Source: Eledone cirrhosa (lineage: Eukaryota). Taken from it: a stretch of 64,000 bases of DNA. Location: assembly GCA_964016885.1 (NCBI GenBank), contig OZ024740.1, forward strand, positions 83,018,001 to 83,082,000, written 5' to 3'. The translations under genes were made by a program, and so were the position numbers. Positions 1-13,650 of this stretch are shown piece after piece. Numbering within the stretch: the first letter of the stretch is position 1; each line of letters opens with the position of its first letter. The notes under the pieces were generated by a model that saw nothing but the letters and a program-made list of their open reading frames with translations, searched no databases and had not been told where the DNA came from.

Positions 1-155
1 ACTATAAGAGAGAAGATAAGTTGAATCCAGCTCTAATTGTTCCAGTTATTTAAGATGAAACAATATTATAATATGAATGCTTTTCCATCGGACCTTTATA
101 TATACAAAATCAACAGGGGCTGAATTTGATCTAATAATTCTAAGGACATGATTTA

Positions 156-189
<34 letters not shown>

Positions 190-343
190 ACTGTCTTTTA
201 ACGTCCCTGATAAATTGTATATTATGGAAGGTGTCTCTCGATACGGCCCACTGTCAAATCTAATATAAGTTTGGTTCCTTGTGTGTGTGATATTTTTCAA
301 AACTAATGAATTTCAGTAATCCAATGGTAGTATCGGAAATAAT

Positions 344-521
344 TGTTTCTACTTTAGGCACAAGGCCAGCAAATACCCAGTACATTACTGGTACTTTATT
401 TTATCGACCCCGTAAGGATGAAAGGCAAAGTTAACCTCGGCGGGATTTGAACTCAGACTGTAAAGGGACGTAACTATGCTAGAAAGCATGGCGTCCGACT
501 CTCTACCGATACTGGCAATCC
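344..521 (-). mobile_element. tRNA-derived CORE-type SINE (octopus OR-like family)
   Basis: Reverse strand has an A-box-like segment, B box GAGTTCAAATCC, the GCCTTTCATCCTTACGGGGTCGATAAA core and a GGCCTTGTGCC...AGTAGAAACAATT tail. TSD CGGAAATAAT at 334-343 and 522-531. Confidence 0.85.
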
Positions 522-828
522 CGGAAATAATGTGAACTTCTAAATATTAAGCCAAGGAACCTCTTTAAATAGTCATTCACCTGCAAGAGAACATTAATTT
601 CATAATATTTCAATTTAATTGTAAAACGATTTTATTAATAATCATTGTATTGGAAACTGGCATTTAATTAAAATGACTCTCTGTGTGTAGAATAAACAGT
701 AATGTTGATAGGTATAATGAAAATTGAATAAGGCAATTTAAATATCGGAATACGAATATAGCTTCTTTGAAATGGATATTTACTATAATAATAAAAGATG
801 ATTTTATTTGTATTTGCTTTAAATTTGT

Positions 829-881
829 ATATATATATATATATATATATATAAATTTAAAGCAAAGACAAAGAAAATCAA

Positions 882-966
<85 letters not shown>

Positions 967-1083
967 TTGTATATATATATATAAGTACATATATATATGT
1001 ATATATATATAGTTATATATATGTATATATATATAGTTATATATATATATATATATTTATGTATATATATATCTATATGTATG

Positions 1084-1114
<31 letters not shown>

Positions 1115-1279
1115 CTATATATATATATATATACATATATATATGTATATATATATTTGTATATATATATAAGTATATATATATATGTATATATATATAG
1201 TTATATATATATATGTATGTATATATATATATATCTATATGTATGTATATATATATATATATGTATATATATATCTATA

Positions 1280-1333
<54 letters not shown>

Positions 1334-1363
1334 AGTATATATATATATATGTATATATATATC

Positions 1364-1404
<41 letters not shown>

Positions 1405-1473
1405 GTATATATATATATAAATGTATATATATATATAGTTATATATATATATATGTATGTATATATATATTAG

Positions 1474-1526
<53 letters not shown>

Positions 1527-1527
1527 G

Positions 1528-1580
<53 letters not shown>

Positions 1581-1595
1581 GTATATATATATATG

Positions 1596-1646
<51 letters not shown>

Positions 1647-1661
1647 GTATATATATATATG

Positions 1662-1710
<49 letters not shown>

Positions 1711-1711
1711 G

Positions 1712-1756
<45 letters not shown>

Positions 1757-1769
1757 GTATATATATATG

Positions 1770-1800
<31 letters not shown>

Positions 1801-2029
1801 GTATATATATATATCTATATGTATGTATATATATATATAAGTATATATATATGTATATATATATATAGTTATACATGTATATATGTATATATATATATGT
1901 ATATGTATATCTATATGTATGTATATATATGTATATATATATATCTATATGTATTTATATATATATATATATATACGCATATATATATATGTGTGTATAT
2001 ATTTATATATATATGTATGGATATATATG

Positions 2030-2063
<34 letters not shown>

Positions 2064-2130
2064 ATATATATGTATATATATATGTATGGATGTATATGTA
2101 TATATATGTATATATATATATGTATGGATG

Positions 2131-2214
<84 letters not shown>

Positions 2215-2216
2215 AG

Positions 2217-2313
<97 letters not shown>

Positions 2314-2320
2314 AGATATG

Positions 2321-2372
<52 letters not shown>
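829..2372. repeat. Long interrupted (TA)n microsatellite
   Basis: About 1.5 kb of TA with periodic G/C interruptions. Confidence 0.98.
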
Positions 2373-2377
<5 letters not shown>

Positions 2378-2606
2378 AGAAATGTAAGGTATCGCCGTAT
2401 TTTGACTAAAGAAACTAAAGAAATTATTTAGCCTGATAGTGAGGTTAAGAACCCTCGGAGAAATGGAAACAGATGTGCATTGACGTACATGTACGTCAAT
2501 ACTCATCTTTTTCCATTTCTCCGAGGGTTCTTAACCCCACTATTAGGCTAAATAATTTCTTTAATTTCTTTTGTCAAAATACGGCGATAGCTTACATTTC
2601 TAATAA
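2373..2606. repeat. Near-perfect palindrome (foldback), ~117-bp arms
   Basis: Centre TGACGTACA|TGTACGTCA at 2489/2490; arms ATTAGAAATGTAAG...CTTACATTTCTAAT. Confidence 0.92.
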
Positions 2607-2660
2607 TTTCAAACCCATTTGCCGTTTTGAAAATAGTCTTATATATATATATATATATAT

Positions 2661-3305
2661 TAGAATTGGTGCTCTGAAATAGCTATATATATATGAATGT
2701 TATTATAGTGTATTTTGCAATACACTGTATGCTTAATTAAAAGCATTTCGAAGACCTTATGCTATTGTTTTAGAGTAGTGACAGACTCACTTACTTTAAT
2801 TTTCAGCAAACAGTGGGAGATAAAGCTGACAATGCCTTGTTTCGCATTTATTGATGCTTATCAAAGCCAACTACCCCTCCTGTTTGCAAACAGGAGGAGA
2901 TAAAACAATAGCATAATGTCTTCGAAATGCTTTTAATTAAGCATACAGTGTATTGCAAAATACACTATATATACATTCATATATATAAAGCTATTTCAGA
3001 GCACAAATTCTAATTTTCAATTTCTGCTTGACCGGCAACCGTTCTGTATAATCAGTTCCTGATTATTTACTAGAATTCTATAAGAACCAAACATCGATGA
3101 TTTCAGCAAACAGGAGGAGTATTTGGCTTTGATAAGCATCAATAAATGCCAAACAAGGCTTTGTCAGCTTTATCTGCCATGCTTGCTGAAAATTAGAGTA
3201 GGTGAGTCTGTCACTACTCTAAAACAATAGCATAAGGTCTTCGAAATGCTTTTAATTAAGCATACAGTATATTGCAAAATACACTATATATATATAGATT
3301 CATAT
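2661..3305. mobile_element. Non-coding HHR-bearing element, inverted plus partial tandem arrangement (retrozyme/PLE pLTR-like)
   Basis: 2661-2887 is the reverse complement of parts of 2900-3015 and 3105-3305. Segment 2990-3085 is similar to the 312-bp unit at 36.5-38 kb. Confidence 0.7.
2824..2868 (-). ncRNA. Type I hammerhead ribozyme, U3-A8 core variant
   Basis: Minus strand: GGCT-TTGATAA-GCATcaataaATGC-GAAA-CAAggcaTTG-TC-AGCT, with stems I, II and III and a GUC cleavage triplet. Confidence 0.65.
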
Positions 3306-3306
3306 A

Positions 3307-3363
<57 letters not shown>

Positions 3364-3379
3364 GTATATATATATATGT

Positions 3380-3697
3380 ATTAATAAGAGGAATTCCAAC
3401 TTTGTCTGATTTACTCGTTTTATTTACAATCCTTTAAAATATATAATGGTATTATAATGAAAAAGTACTTTCATGCTTTCGCAATCTTCAGGTTCATAAT
3501 ATGTGGTGACAGTCGAGTTTGCAATTTTCAACTGTATATCAACAGTTGAAAATTGCAAACTCGAATGTCACCACATATTATGAACCTGAAGATTGCGAAA
3601 GCATGAAAGTACATTTTCATTGTAATAACATTATATATTTTAAAGGATTGTAAATAAAACGAGTAAATCAGACAAAGTTGGAATTCCTCTTATTAAT
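3380..3697. repeat. Foldback hairpin, ~155-bp arms, with minimal HHR-like core
   Basis: ATTAATAAGAGGAATTCC...GGAATTCCTCTTATTAAT with a short loop at ~3536-3541. CTGAAGA-ttgc-GAAA at 3586-3600, but stems are not clearly formed. Confidence 0.85.
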
Positions 3698-3754
3698 ATA
3701 ATCTTCTATACACAATCATACACACCCGTGTATATTTACCTATCTATATCTATA

Positions 3755-3823
<69 letters not shown>

Positions 3824-3867
3824 CTATATATATATATATGTGTGTATATATATATATATGTATATAT

Positions 3868-4005
3868 AACGAAGGAAATGTGGTAAGGAACCAGGTGGAC
3901 CGTAACGCAACCAAAGAACTCAATACTTAGGGTAGTAGAGTGGGTAATAGGAACAAGTAAGACCCCGACGGATTGAGCTCAGCAGTCGGGGTCTTACTTG
4001 TTCCT

Positions 4006-4006
<1 letters not shown>
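3868..4006 (-). mobile_element. PLE-like terminal fragment with terminal hairpin
   Basis: Hairpin TAGGAACAAGTAAGACCCCGAC...GTCGGGGTCTTACTTGTTCCTA; related in reverse complement to 30480-30643. Confidence 0.45.
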
Positions 4007-4528
<522 letters not shown>

Positions 4529-4635
4529 AGTATTGAAGTTTCCGTTGAAAACAGAAAATGTCATAGGAGTGAAGAGTGCTCTATGTGAGTACTAGAGCAA
4601 AATTTAATGTATATTTTATATATATATATATATAT

Positions 4636-4714
<79 letters not shown>

Positions 4715-4810
4715 AAGAAAACGAAAATGATTGCGTGTGGCTCGAGACATGGTCCTTGTATGGATCTGGCTGATTCTACTTCTGCATGTTCTTTCAGACA
4801 CGGGTATATA

Positions 4811-5160
4811 ATTATAAATCAATGATGGTAATACATGGAAACTATATTTATAATACCAAATTTATTCCATTATATATATTTCACGGGTACCAAAATATTG
4901 GTACACACTCATCAGATAAAACAAAAAATTTGTTTTTTAAATAGTGACTTACCAAGGAATCAGACCTTAACGGTTCGAGTTCCAAACGGAATTTGAACCG
5001 TTATGGTCTGATTCCTCGGTAAGTCACTATTTATAAAACAAATTTTGTATTTCATCTGATGAGTGCGTACCAAAGTTTTGGTACCCCTGAAATATATATA
5101 ATAGAATAAATAAGATTTTATAAAGATAGTTTCCATTTATTAATATCAATGATTTATATA
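4811..5160. mobile_element. Non-autonomous foldback of Naiad-type pLTR
   Basis: Inverted arms centred at ~4985; sequence matches 20435-20722, 21106-21200 and 24541-24655. Confidence 0.75.
5045..5110 (+). ncRNA. Type I hammerhead ribozyme (palindromic stem III)
   Basis: TTGTATTTCAT-CTGATGA-gtgcGTACCAAAgtTTTGGTACccct-GAAA-TATATATA-ATAGAATAAA. Confidence 0.7.
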
Positions 5161-5559
5161 TCTATGTACGGGTCTGAGACTTGGACACTGACCAAGAAAC
5201 TCACTCAGATGGTGGATGGGTGCTACACGAGAATGCTGAGGATGGTTCTGAACATTAATCAGTATACACTGAGGCTGAAAAACTCAGAGCTGTATGGGAG
5301 CCTCCCAAAAGTCAGCTCAACAGTGACACAGAGGAGATTGACGTTAGCTGGACATGCTCACCGATATCCAGAGTTGATATTGCACTCAGTGTTCCTGTTA
5401 GGGCACCTGCGTGGACACACTGGAAGAGGAAGACCAAGGTTAACGTATGTTGATGCGCTAAGGACAGACACTGGTCTATTGGAGACGCAGGACATGGCAG
5501 CGATAATGAGGGACAGAGACCGCTGGAGAGAACTCGTCCATGGATCTCGGGAATTTTAA
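5160..5559 (+). pseudogene. RTE-clade LINE, 3' ORF fragment
   Basis: YGSETWTLT...RMLR...RRLTLAGH...GRP...DRDRW motifs of the RTE C-terminus. Confidence 0.85.
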
Positions 5560-7619
5560 CCGCCCTAGATATATATACTCCAGAAAACTTGTCGAGTGCT
5601 TCGAATCTGTTAAACATATATTTGTTGAATTACCAACAAATTGAATATCCCTTTGCTTATATATATATATATATAGTTTTCCAAGAGATGTCAACATGAA
5701 TGGACCTGATATTTTTATCTAAAGACATATTTTCCAATTCCAACCCGCACGTCCCTTCAATCTTTCTTATTTCTCAATCTTTCTTCTAATGGAAGACTAG
5801 CGTCCGAAATGTTAAGACCCTCTTCCAGATATTTCAAATGTTAACCTAATATATTCCTTCCATATACTGTACCAATTGTGTTGTTATTTCTGTTTATCTT
5901 TTATATATACACACGCACACACACACATATATGTGTGTGTGTATATATGTATATATGTATATATATGTATATATATATGTATGTATGCATGCATGTACGT
6001 GCGTGTGTTTTGTGGGGGGTAGGGGGCTATGTGTGTATGTGTGGGGTAAGTGGGGGTGTATTTACTGTGTTTAGGCTTACTTTTCATAATGATGTTTTTC
6101 TTACAAAGTTAAATGACTTACTTCAAACAACGTGATAATAATACAGATCAGAGGGATAAATGAAATATGCTCAAAAGTTAAACAATGCATTGGAATACCA
6201 ACCTAATTTAATCGTTAAATACCAATATGATTTTCCTAGAAGCTAGATTGATAAACCTCCTGTAATTCATATCTAATGAAATTAACACATTTTAAACAAT
6301 TAAATTTGTGTATACTGGATATATACTCTCTCTTCTTTCGCATAATGTTTGACAGTGTATCTAATAGTAGAAGGCATTCGTGGATTTTATTTGGCCATGT
6401 AAAATACTATGCCAATAAAATCTAAGCAAGTTGATGATTAAATACTCAAGTTGTCAGATTCCAAGGCAATTTTGGAGATAGCTAGCTAATCATATATATC
6501 TAATTCCTCTATGTTGCTCTTCTTTCGTTTAAGAAAGTATAGAATACTATAATTAATGTGACGAAGATTAGATGAGATGACAGGCTATTAACGCCCAAGG
6601 AGTATTGTTACGATGAAATGAGATATATTACGTGAACTATTAATTAAATGTTGTCCATGAATCTAATGATTTTAATAAGTAAATATCGTTCCTGCGAAAG
6701 CCAATAAATAATAGAATAATAACTGCTCATCAAATGTTTCCTGCCTACTTTGTATGTAAATATCCCTTATAAGCCAAGCGATTTCTCATTCATTTGGGCT
6801 GGTTGTCAAAATGCAGTAAAACAGGGAATGTGTATAAACCACGTCAAAGTATGCTTTCAGGATAGAGCCTCATGCATCGAAATGATTTATTGTGTAAATA
6901 TCTATAATACACATACTGAGACTCACATGAACTATTGTCTGTTACTTTTACTTGAAACCACGAAAACAGTGACACTTGTGAATAGGAATTACATGTTTAA
7001 AGCAATCAACATCTGCTGCGCCCGAGGTTTACGAAATATTTCATTGCACATGGAATCTTCAACACTAATGTGCTTTCTCCCCGAGTCTTTTGCATTGTAT
7101 TCATATATATATATATATATATAGTTAAGAAATGAAAGACAATAAACACACTAATGGATACATACAGTGTGTGTATGTGTGTGTGTCTGTTTGTCTGTGT
7201 GTGTCTGTGTGTGTATATGCGTTTCTATGCGTGTGTGTGTTATAACATTTAGACTAGCTGAGGTTCCGGATTCGATACACCATAAGCAATAATGATATAA
7301 TTGGATTTAAACACTTCACATGTGTATTCTTCCAAATCCGATACGTACTCAATGACGGCATGTACATACAATAAATGTAAAAAAAGAGGATTACTCGATG
7401 TAGATATTCACAATTCAATAAAGATTAAAATGAATTATTAACATCTGCAAAGGAAATCGCTATTTTCATTGTATGTATATATGAAAGACACCGATTACTA
7501 TAGGTTTCCGTTCACTGGGGTTATATGACCTGTTATTAGAGTCATATCTGTAGTAAAAAAAAAAAAAAAGAGTAACGCGAAAGCTTATGATAGAGTTTTC
7601 AGACATACGTTTAAATAAT

Positions 7620-7800
7620 TGTTTCTACTTTTGGTACAAGGCCAGCAATTAACCAGTACATTACTGGTACTTTCTTTTATCGACGTCGTAAGGATAAAAG
7701 CAAAGTTAACCTCGGCGGGATTTGAACTCAGATCGTAAAGGGACGTAACTATGCTGGAAAGCATGTCCGACCCTCTATCGATACTGCCAATTGACCGCCC
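7620..7800 (-). mobile_element. tRNA-derived CORE-type SINE
   Basis: Full-length copy; TSD ACATAC(G/A)TTTAAATAAT at 7603-7619 and 7801-7817. Confidence 0.85.
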
Positions 7801-8171
7801 ACATACATTTAAATAATATTAATTTTAAAGTGTAATTCGTGTGACACTATGGGTACATTACTTCATTATATGAATTAATCCTTACACATTACGTTCATTT
7901 GATATAAAAAATCAACAAAAAATTAATTTATAGAAAAAAATTGCAGGTCTTAGATCTATTTATTCCATGCAACATATTAACTTATATATATAATCAATTT
8001 AAACGTCAGGGTAGAGCTACCAATCCATGATAGTAATCCTTAAATCTGGTAATAAAAAAAAGATAGTGAAACAAGTGATACAAAAAATTAAATTAAGAAT
8101 GGGTATAAATAAATATAAGCAGAAAATGAAAATAGGGAACAATGGAAGTTGTATACACACACACACACACG

Positions 8172-8233
<62 letters not shown>

Positions 8234-8239
8234 CATATA

Positions 8240-8790
8240 TATAAGTTATTCCGGGCTGAATCGGAGGTAACCACAGTAAGTAAGGTACTCAATACATAGC
8301 AGAGTATAAAAGTTTTAATATAGAACAGCTCCTACAGCACTAGAACAGTTTCATTCGTGAGAAATGATCAGGAAGCTGGCTGTGCAAGTAAGTAGTGGTA
8401 TTTATATATTTTCATTTCTTGTGGTAGGACAGGGTGGGGATTGGGATGGGTAGAGGTCATGGGTTGAAGGATTTAAAGAAAAGGGAATTCATTAAAAGCT
8501 ATTTCTTTAAACAAGGCAGGAAGAATATTGTAAACCAAATCATATTTGGAATACCAATCCTACTTTATCACTTAGAATAACAATGCCTGTAAGACATGTG
8601 TACAGGATCGGTGGGGTTCAATGATTTAAAGAAAAGGGAAATTCTTTAGAAGCTAATACTTTATGGCTGGAATAAGGGTGACAATTGCAGAAAGGGTTCC
8701 ATCAACAGATTCAAGTGTTGGGGTGATTCCCCTTATTGTGAAGTTTCTCTTAATATATATTCCAGGTGTCCACAAGCACCTTAACACACT
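8240..8790 (-). mobile_element. PLE 3' fragment (GIY-YIG C-terminal relic + pLTR with degenerate HHR)
   Basis: Minus strand reads LRCLWTPGIYIKRNFT, resembling PLE endonuclease ends. CAGCTTC-CTGATCA-...-GAAA-...-TA-GGAGCTG at ~8325-8380. Confidence 0.45.
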
Positions 8791-8799
8791 TGCCCCCTT

Positions 8800-9286
8800 A
8801 CACACGTACAGACACACATACGCACGCACACACAGGCACACACACAACACACATACATAATGGTACATACACACATACACATGATACAAATATATACACA
8901 TATATATACACATACATACAAATATGTGTACATACATACGCACACACACACAGAAACACACACATATATATATATATTTATATATATATATACATACATG
9001 TATATACACACACACACGCTCTCATGCATACACACGCGTACACACATTCAAACGTACACATATGCATCCATATATACACACGTACGCAATATATATATAC
9101 ATACACACACATATATATATATATTTATATATATATATATACATGTATACATATATATATACATGTATACATATATATATATATATATATACATATATAT
9201 ACATTCACAGACATACACATATATATACATACACATACATACACATATACACACGCATATATAAACACACACATATATATATATAT
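8800..9286. repeat. Compound (CA)n/(TA)n microsatellite
   Basis: Direct observation. Confidence 0.95.
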
Positions 9287-9289
9287 CTT

Positions 9290-9503
9290 AAACGATCGAC
9301 TTTCGTCAAATCGGACCGAGGGAACAATGTTTCCGTTGGTCTTTCCAATTGCTAATACTATCTATCGGTCGCAACTCCAGGTAGAAGGAGCAACGTGAAA
9401 TAAAGTGTCTTGCTCAAGGACATAACGCATCGCCTGGTCCAGGAATCGAACTCACAACCTTACGACTGGGAATCCAATTCTCTAACCACTCACCCACACG
9501 CCT
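9290..9503 (-). mobile_element. Second tRNA-derived SINE family
   Basis: Reverse strand: GGCGTGTGGGTGAGTGGTTAGAG (A box), GAGTTCGATTCC (B box), then GTCCTTGAGCAAGACACTT. Confidence 0.75.
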
Positions 9504-9509
9504 TCACAC

Positions 9510-9741
<232 letters not shown>

Positions 9742-9829
9742 TGTGAAACTAAAAACCATATTATTTGTACAGCCTCTCTGTTTTCTGTTCATATAATAAA
9801 CTACAACTGGAATATATATTAAGAGAAAC

Positions 9830-10319
9830 ACAACATCAAAAATGTAAAGTCACTTTAGGACGTGAAATAATCAAACCTATCGTAGTCTAAACTTTGAACA
9901 AAGTAGGTTGATTAATGTGGGAGCTAGAGACGTTAAAGTGGAAATTTGAGACTATAGTGGTATCTTTGAATATTTAAGTGGCTGCCACGTCGTGCCTGAA
10001 CAACAAATGCAAAATATAAAGCCATTACCGAATGTGCAATGATAAATTATATTTTGCTTTAAAATTTGAACAAAATCGGAAGCAAATTGTGAGAGCTGGA
10101 GCCAAAAAATCTTATTTTTCGATACCTAAAAAAAGTGCCCCCCCCCCCCACAAATCGATTTTTATCTGCAGAATGACCCCGGTAAAAAAAAACGATACGC
10201 AGATATATACAAAACAACCCCGATGACTAATCAATGAGCGTGTAAAGATTCATGATAATCGGTCGTAAGATGTAGGTAATACACAAGACACACACACATA
10301 CTTAATGTTATATATATAC

Positions 10320-10323
<4 letters not shown>
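9830..10323 (-). mobile_element. Probable non-autonomous Helitron/Helentron-like relic
   Basis: Minus 5' end TCTGTATATATATAA followed by a GT-rich tract; repeated AAATTT...AATCGG motifs as in the other Helitron-N copies here. 3' terminus not found. Confidence 0.35.
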
Positions 10324-10377
<54 letters not shown>

Positions 10378-10538
10378 TTAAAGAAAGAAGAGTAACATGG
10401 TCGGCAGTACAATAAGGGCTTTAATTAAAGTACTGACAATTGTTTCGTTGATTAGGTGTGTCTTGAGTTCGCTAATCGTTTGCGGTTGCGTCAATCGATC
10501 TCCAATACATTGTTTACCACTGGTCAACACTCTCTCAC

Positions 10539-10569
<31 letters not shown>

Positions 10570-10968
10570 TGTATTCTCCATTTACTCATTTTCTTGTTAT
10601 TATTATTTTTTAATGTGCCCTATCTTATATTTTACTTTTTTACATCTGTAACTTCCCTATCTATTTACCATACATGTTTTACTATTGATGTTATTGTTTT
10701 AATTATACGTTATTTTATTATTGATGTTATTGCTTTGGTGTTACGCTACTTTTCTATATAAGTCTTTCTATAAGTCCTGCCTCCAGTGAATTATGTTCAT
10801 ATCTACGTGCTCTGATGTGTTGACCAGTGGTAAACAATGTATTGGAGTCGATTGACGCAATCTCAAGCGATTAGCGAACTCTAGACACACCTGATCAACG
10901 AAACAATTGTCAGTACTTTAAATGAAACCCTTCGTGTACAGCCAACCATGTTACTCTTCTTTCTTTAA
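10378..10968. mobile_element. Inverted-repeat element (~150-bp arms, ~290-bp spacer), PLE pLTR-like
   Basis: 10378-10530 is the reverse complement of 10817-10968. Confidence 0.8.
10807..10916 (+). ncRNA. Hammerhead-like motif with extended stem II
   Basis: GTGCT-CTGATGT-GTTGACCAG[63 nt]CTGATCAAC-GAAA-CAATTG-TC-AGTAC; A9 is replaced by T. Confidence 0.55.
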
Positions 10969-11118
10969 CTATTATTAATCCAAGTATAACCTGCATAGAA
11001 ATTACCGCGAACTGGCTGCATAACTATGGAAACATCTTGTTGAGTCAAACAAAGCCGTACGTTAAAACTATCCATGATTACCTCTAACAAGGATTACCTA
11101 TAACGATAACTTGTTATC

Positions 11119-11200
<82 letters not shown>

Positions 11201-11939
11201 ATGTTTGGATTATATCTGTGTCAGTGGATCTGTATTTATGTGTGTGCATGTAGTTTCATTGATCAGTAACTCGATTTCTCAAGCATTTGCCAATTTATAA
11301 TGTTTATGGTTTTATCATAATTTGTTCAGATCGAATCCTTTTGATGGGAACTTTATATGCTATACAGATTATATTATAGATCTGATATCTTAAAGTTTTG
11401 CACAACGACTAGTTTAACAATATTTATACATACGTACAAATGCACACTCAAACAGTTATATGCATATATGAATATATAGGAGATTAATAAGATAGGGTGT
11501 AACCCCCGTTCGCTATGAAGTGTGTTAATCAATTATGGAAAAAGGTAGGGATTATTTAAAACCAAAAATTATAATACAAATTTTATCAATTTCTACATCC
11601 GTTTCGATTTACGGAAATACTCATTTCCATATTAATTAATTAATTAATTAATTAAATCAATACACATTGCAATCACATACCGCAAATCTTCAGCAAACAA
11701 ATATTTGATTTGTAGTTTGCATGTCCCACAGCACCAGTGATAATTCGCAAATAACAGACATAAACCATACTACGTTTTTGTAGTGACATGAAATAATATT
11801 TACATCTCATACGATCAAGCAGTAAATAAAGTTCGTCAGATGATAGTTTCGCATCTTCTTCAATGACTCTTAAATATTTGTTGATGTCTTCCGCGCTTTC
11901 ATTTCACATTAGTGGACTCCTATAGTAAATGATTTGTAG

Positions 11940-13650
11940 CAGGGCTGTAGCTCTCATGACATGACCTGCAAATTGAGGACGCGTGACACGGTTGTATTGC
12001 TAATGGATAGGGGGATGGGGTAGATAATTTTGTTTGTAACATGGTCAAGAAGTTTGATGTTTGTTTGATGTTTGTTATCCTTCTTAGCACTCATGTGGTG
12101 CAACCATCTAAAGCTTTGGAGATAGGTACTGTCACCGACCATGATTCACAAAAATACAGTAGATTTGAATAATCTCTCTTTTGTTCTTGAGTTTATGTTA
12201 TCTATGGACTTCACCGAAATCAATGTTTGTCCTATCCTATTGTTAATATCATTAGACGAGTTGTTGTATGCGCCAAGGTATTTGAAATCATCTATTTTAC
12301 GAGAATAGTATTACGTAATGATTTGAGGTTTATTCTGAGGTAATGTTCATGTATTTTGTTTTATTTACATTTAGGAAGTGTCCCATGGGTTGAGTAGAAA
12401 CATCTAGCTTGAGTAATAAACCTCCTGCTTTATTCATTGAATCAGCACATAAGACAATGCTATCAGTGATTCCTTATATGCTAGGTGATTGACTGATGTC
12501 TGGTTCTCGTAAACGTTTGAAAGCTAAAAACCAGCGGAATTCTCAATAGCAACAGTTAGTGCATAGTCAAGGACGATGGGAAATAAATAGGGTGTGAGAG
12601 GAGCGCTTTGAATTACACATGTGGCTACCTGAAAGAAGTCCGTTTAAAATTCTGCTGCAGCGAAAGTTTTTCCATATGTGATCCTGACTCCATTAGTGAG
12701 TTTGTGAGGAAAGCTGTATGCAAGTATACCCTCAAACATATATTCATAGATAATGCTATCAAAAGCGTTTCGTGAGTCAATACGGCTTCTTTTTGATGAT
12801 TTTTTACTTCTTCGATCAGCTGTCAGAGAGCCATTATCTGTTATGATGTCAATCTAGATTATTTAAATCCATGTTGATATGGGTGTATGATGTATTCGAT
12901 TTCCATTCGAAGTTTGTTCAATATAGGGCGATTATAATCTTTTGCAGCCATGCGTGCTAGACTTTCTGATTACCGAATATCGCCTTTCTTAGGAAAAGGT
13001 TCTATCTCAAAAATACATCATTCATTTGGGTAAGTACAGTGAAATTGTTTGGAATTCATTAAGTTTCCAGAATTCTAGCGGAAGCCCATCTAGGCCTGGC
13101 GATTTATTGTTTTTCATCTCATTGTTGGCCCTTAACATTTCATCCTGGGAGAAATCCTCAACAGCATTATTAGTATTGATATTTTATACACGTTCGATCG
13201 TCGATTCATCGTACATGTTGCTGTTGACATTCATCAGTAATTCTAAATGGTTTTCCACTCTGAGGCGTTTCTCAGCCGCTATAAACGTGATTCTCGAGTT
13301 AATTTCATGATACTTTTGTTATCTATTCAGATGCGAACTTTTGGTTGTCAGTAGAAATTGTCGGAGGAGTTGAGAAGAATATTGATTATTTTGTCCTCTT
13401 CCTCGAAATACACTTTTTGTAGACGTTGCGGTTTAGCTTTCTATATCCGGAAATGTAGATTGTAGGAAATTGGAGCAGGCTACGTTTACAGAGGACCGTT
13501 TTTAAGACAACAGTTTTGATTTGTTTTGGGTAGTTTTCTACCTTTTAATCTGTGCTGATCTCAAGAAAACTCTTGCATGATTTCACAGATGCGAGTGACG
13601 AGTTTTCTGTTATTTCATTCTCAACTCTTGCAGCGAGAGCAGGGCTATAC
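11940..13650 (-). pseudogene. Decayed RTE-like LINE reverse transcriptase
   Basis: Minus-strand fragments KSPGLDGLP, PFPKKGD, AFDSI, LSPYLFPIVLDYAL, DDFKYLGAY with stops and frameshifts. Confidence 0.75.

Noticed and set aside
5780-5830. HHR-like CTAATGG...GTCCGAAATGTTA
   Set aside because: Core has two mismatches; at most a dead pLTR relic.
6750-7124. 124-aa ORF
   Set aside because: No recognisable domain or splice context; starts at TTG and ends in a microsatellite.
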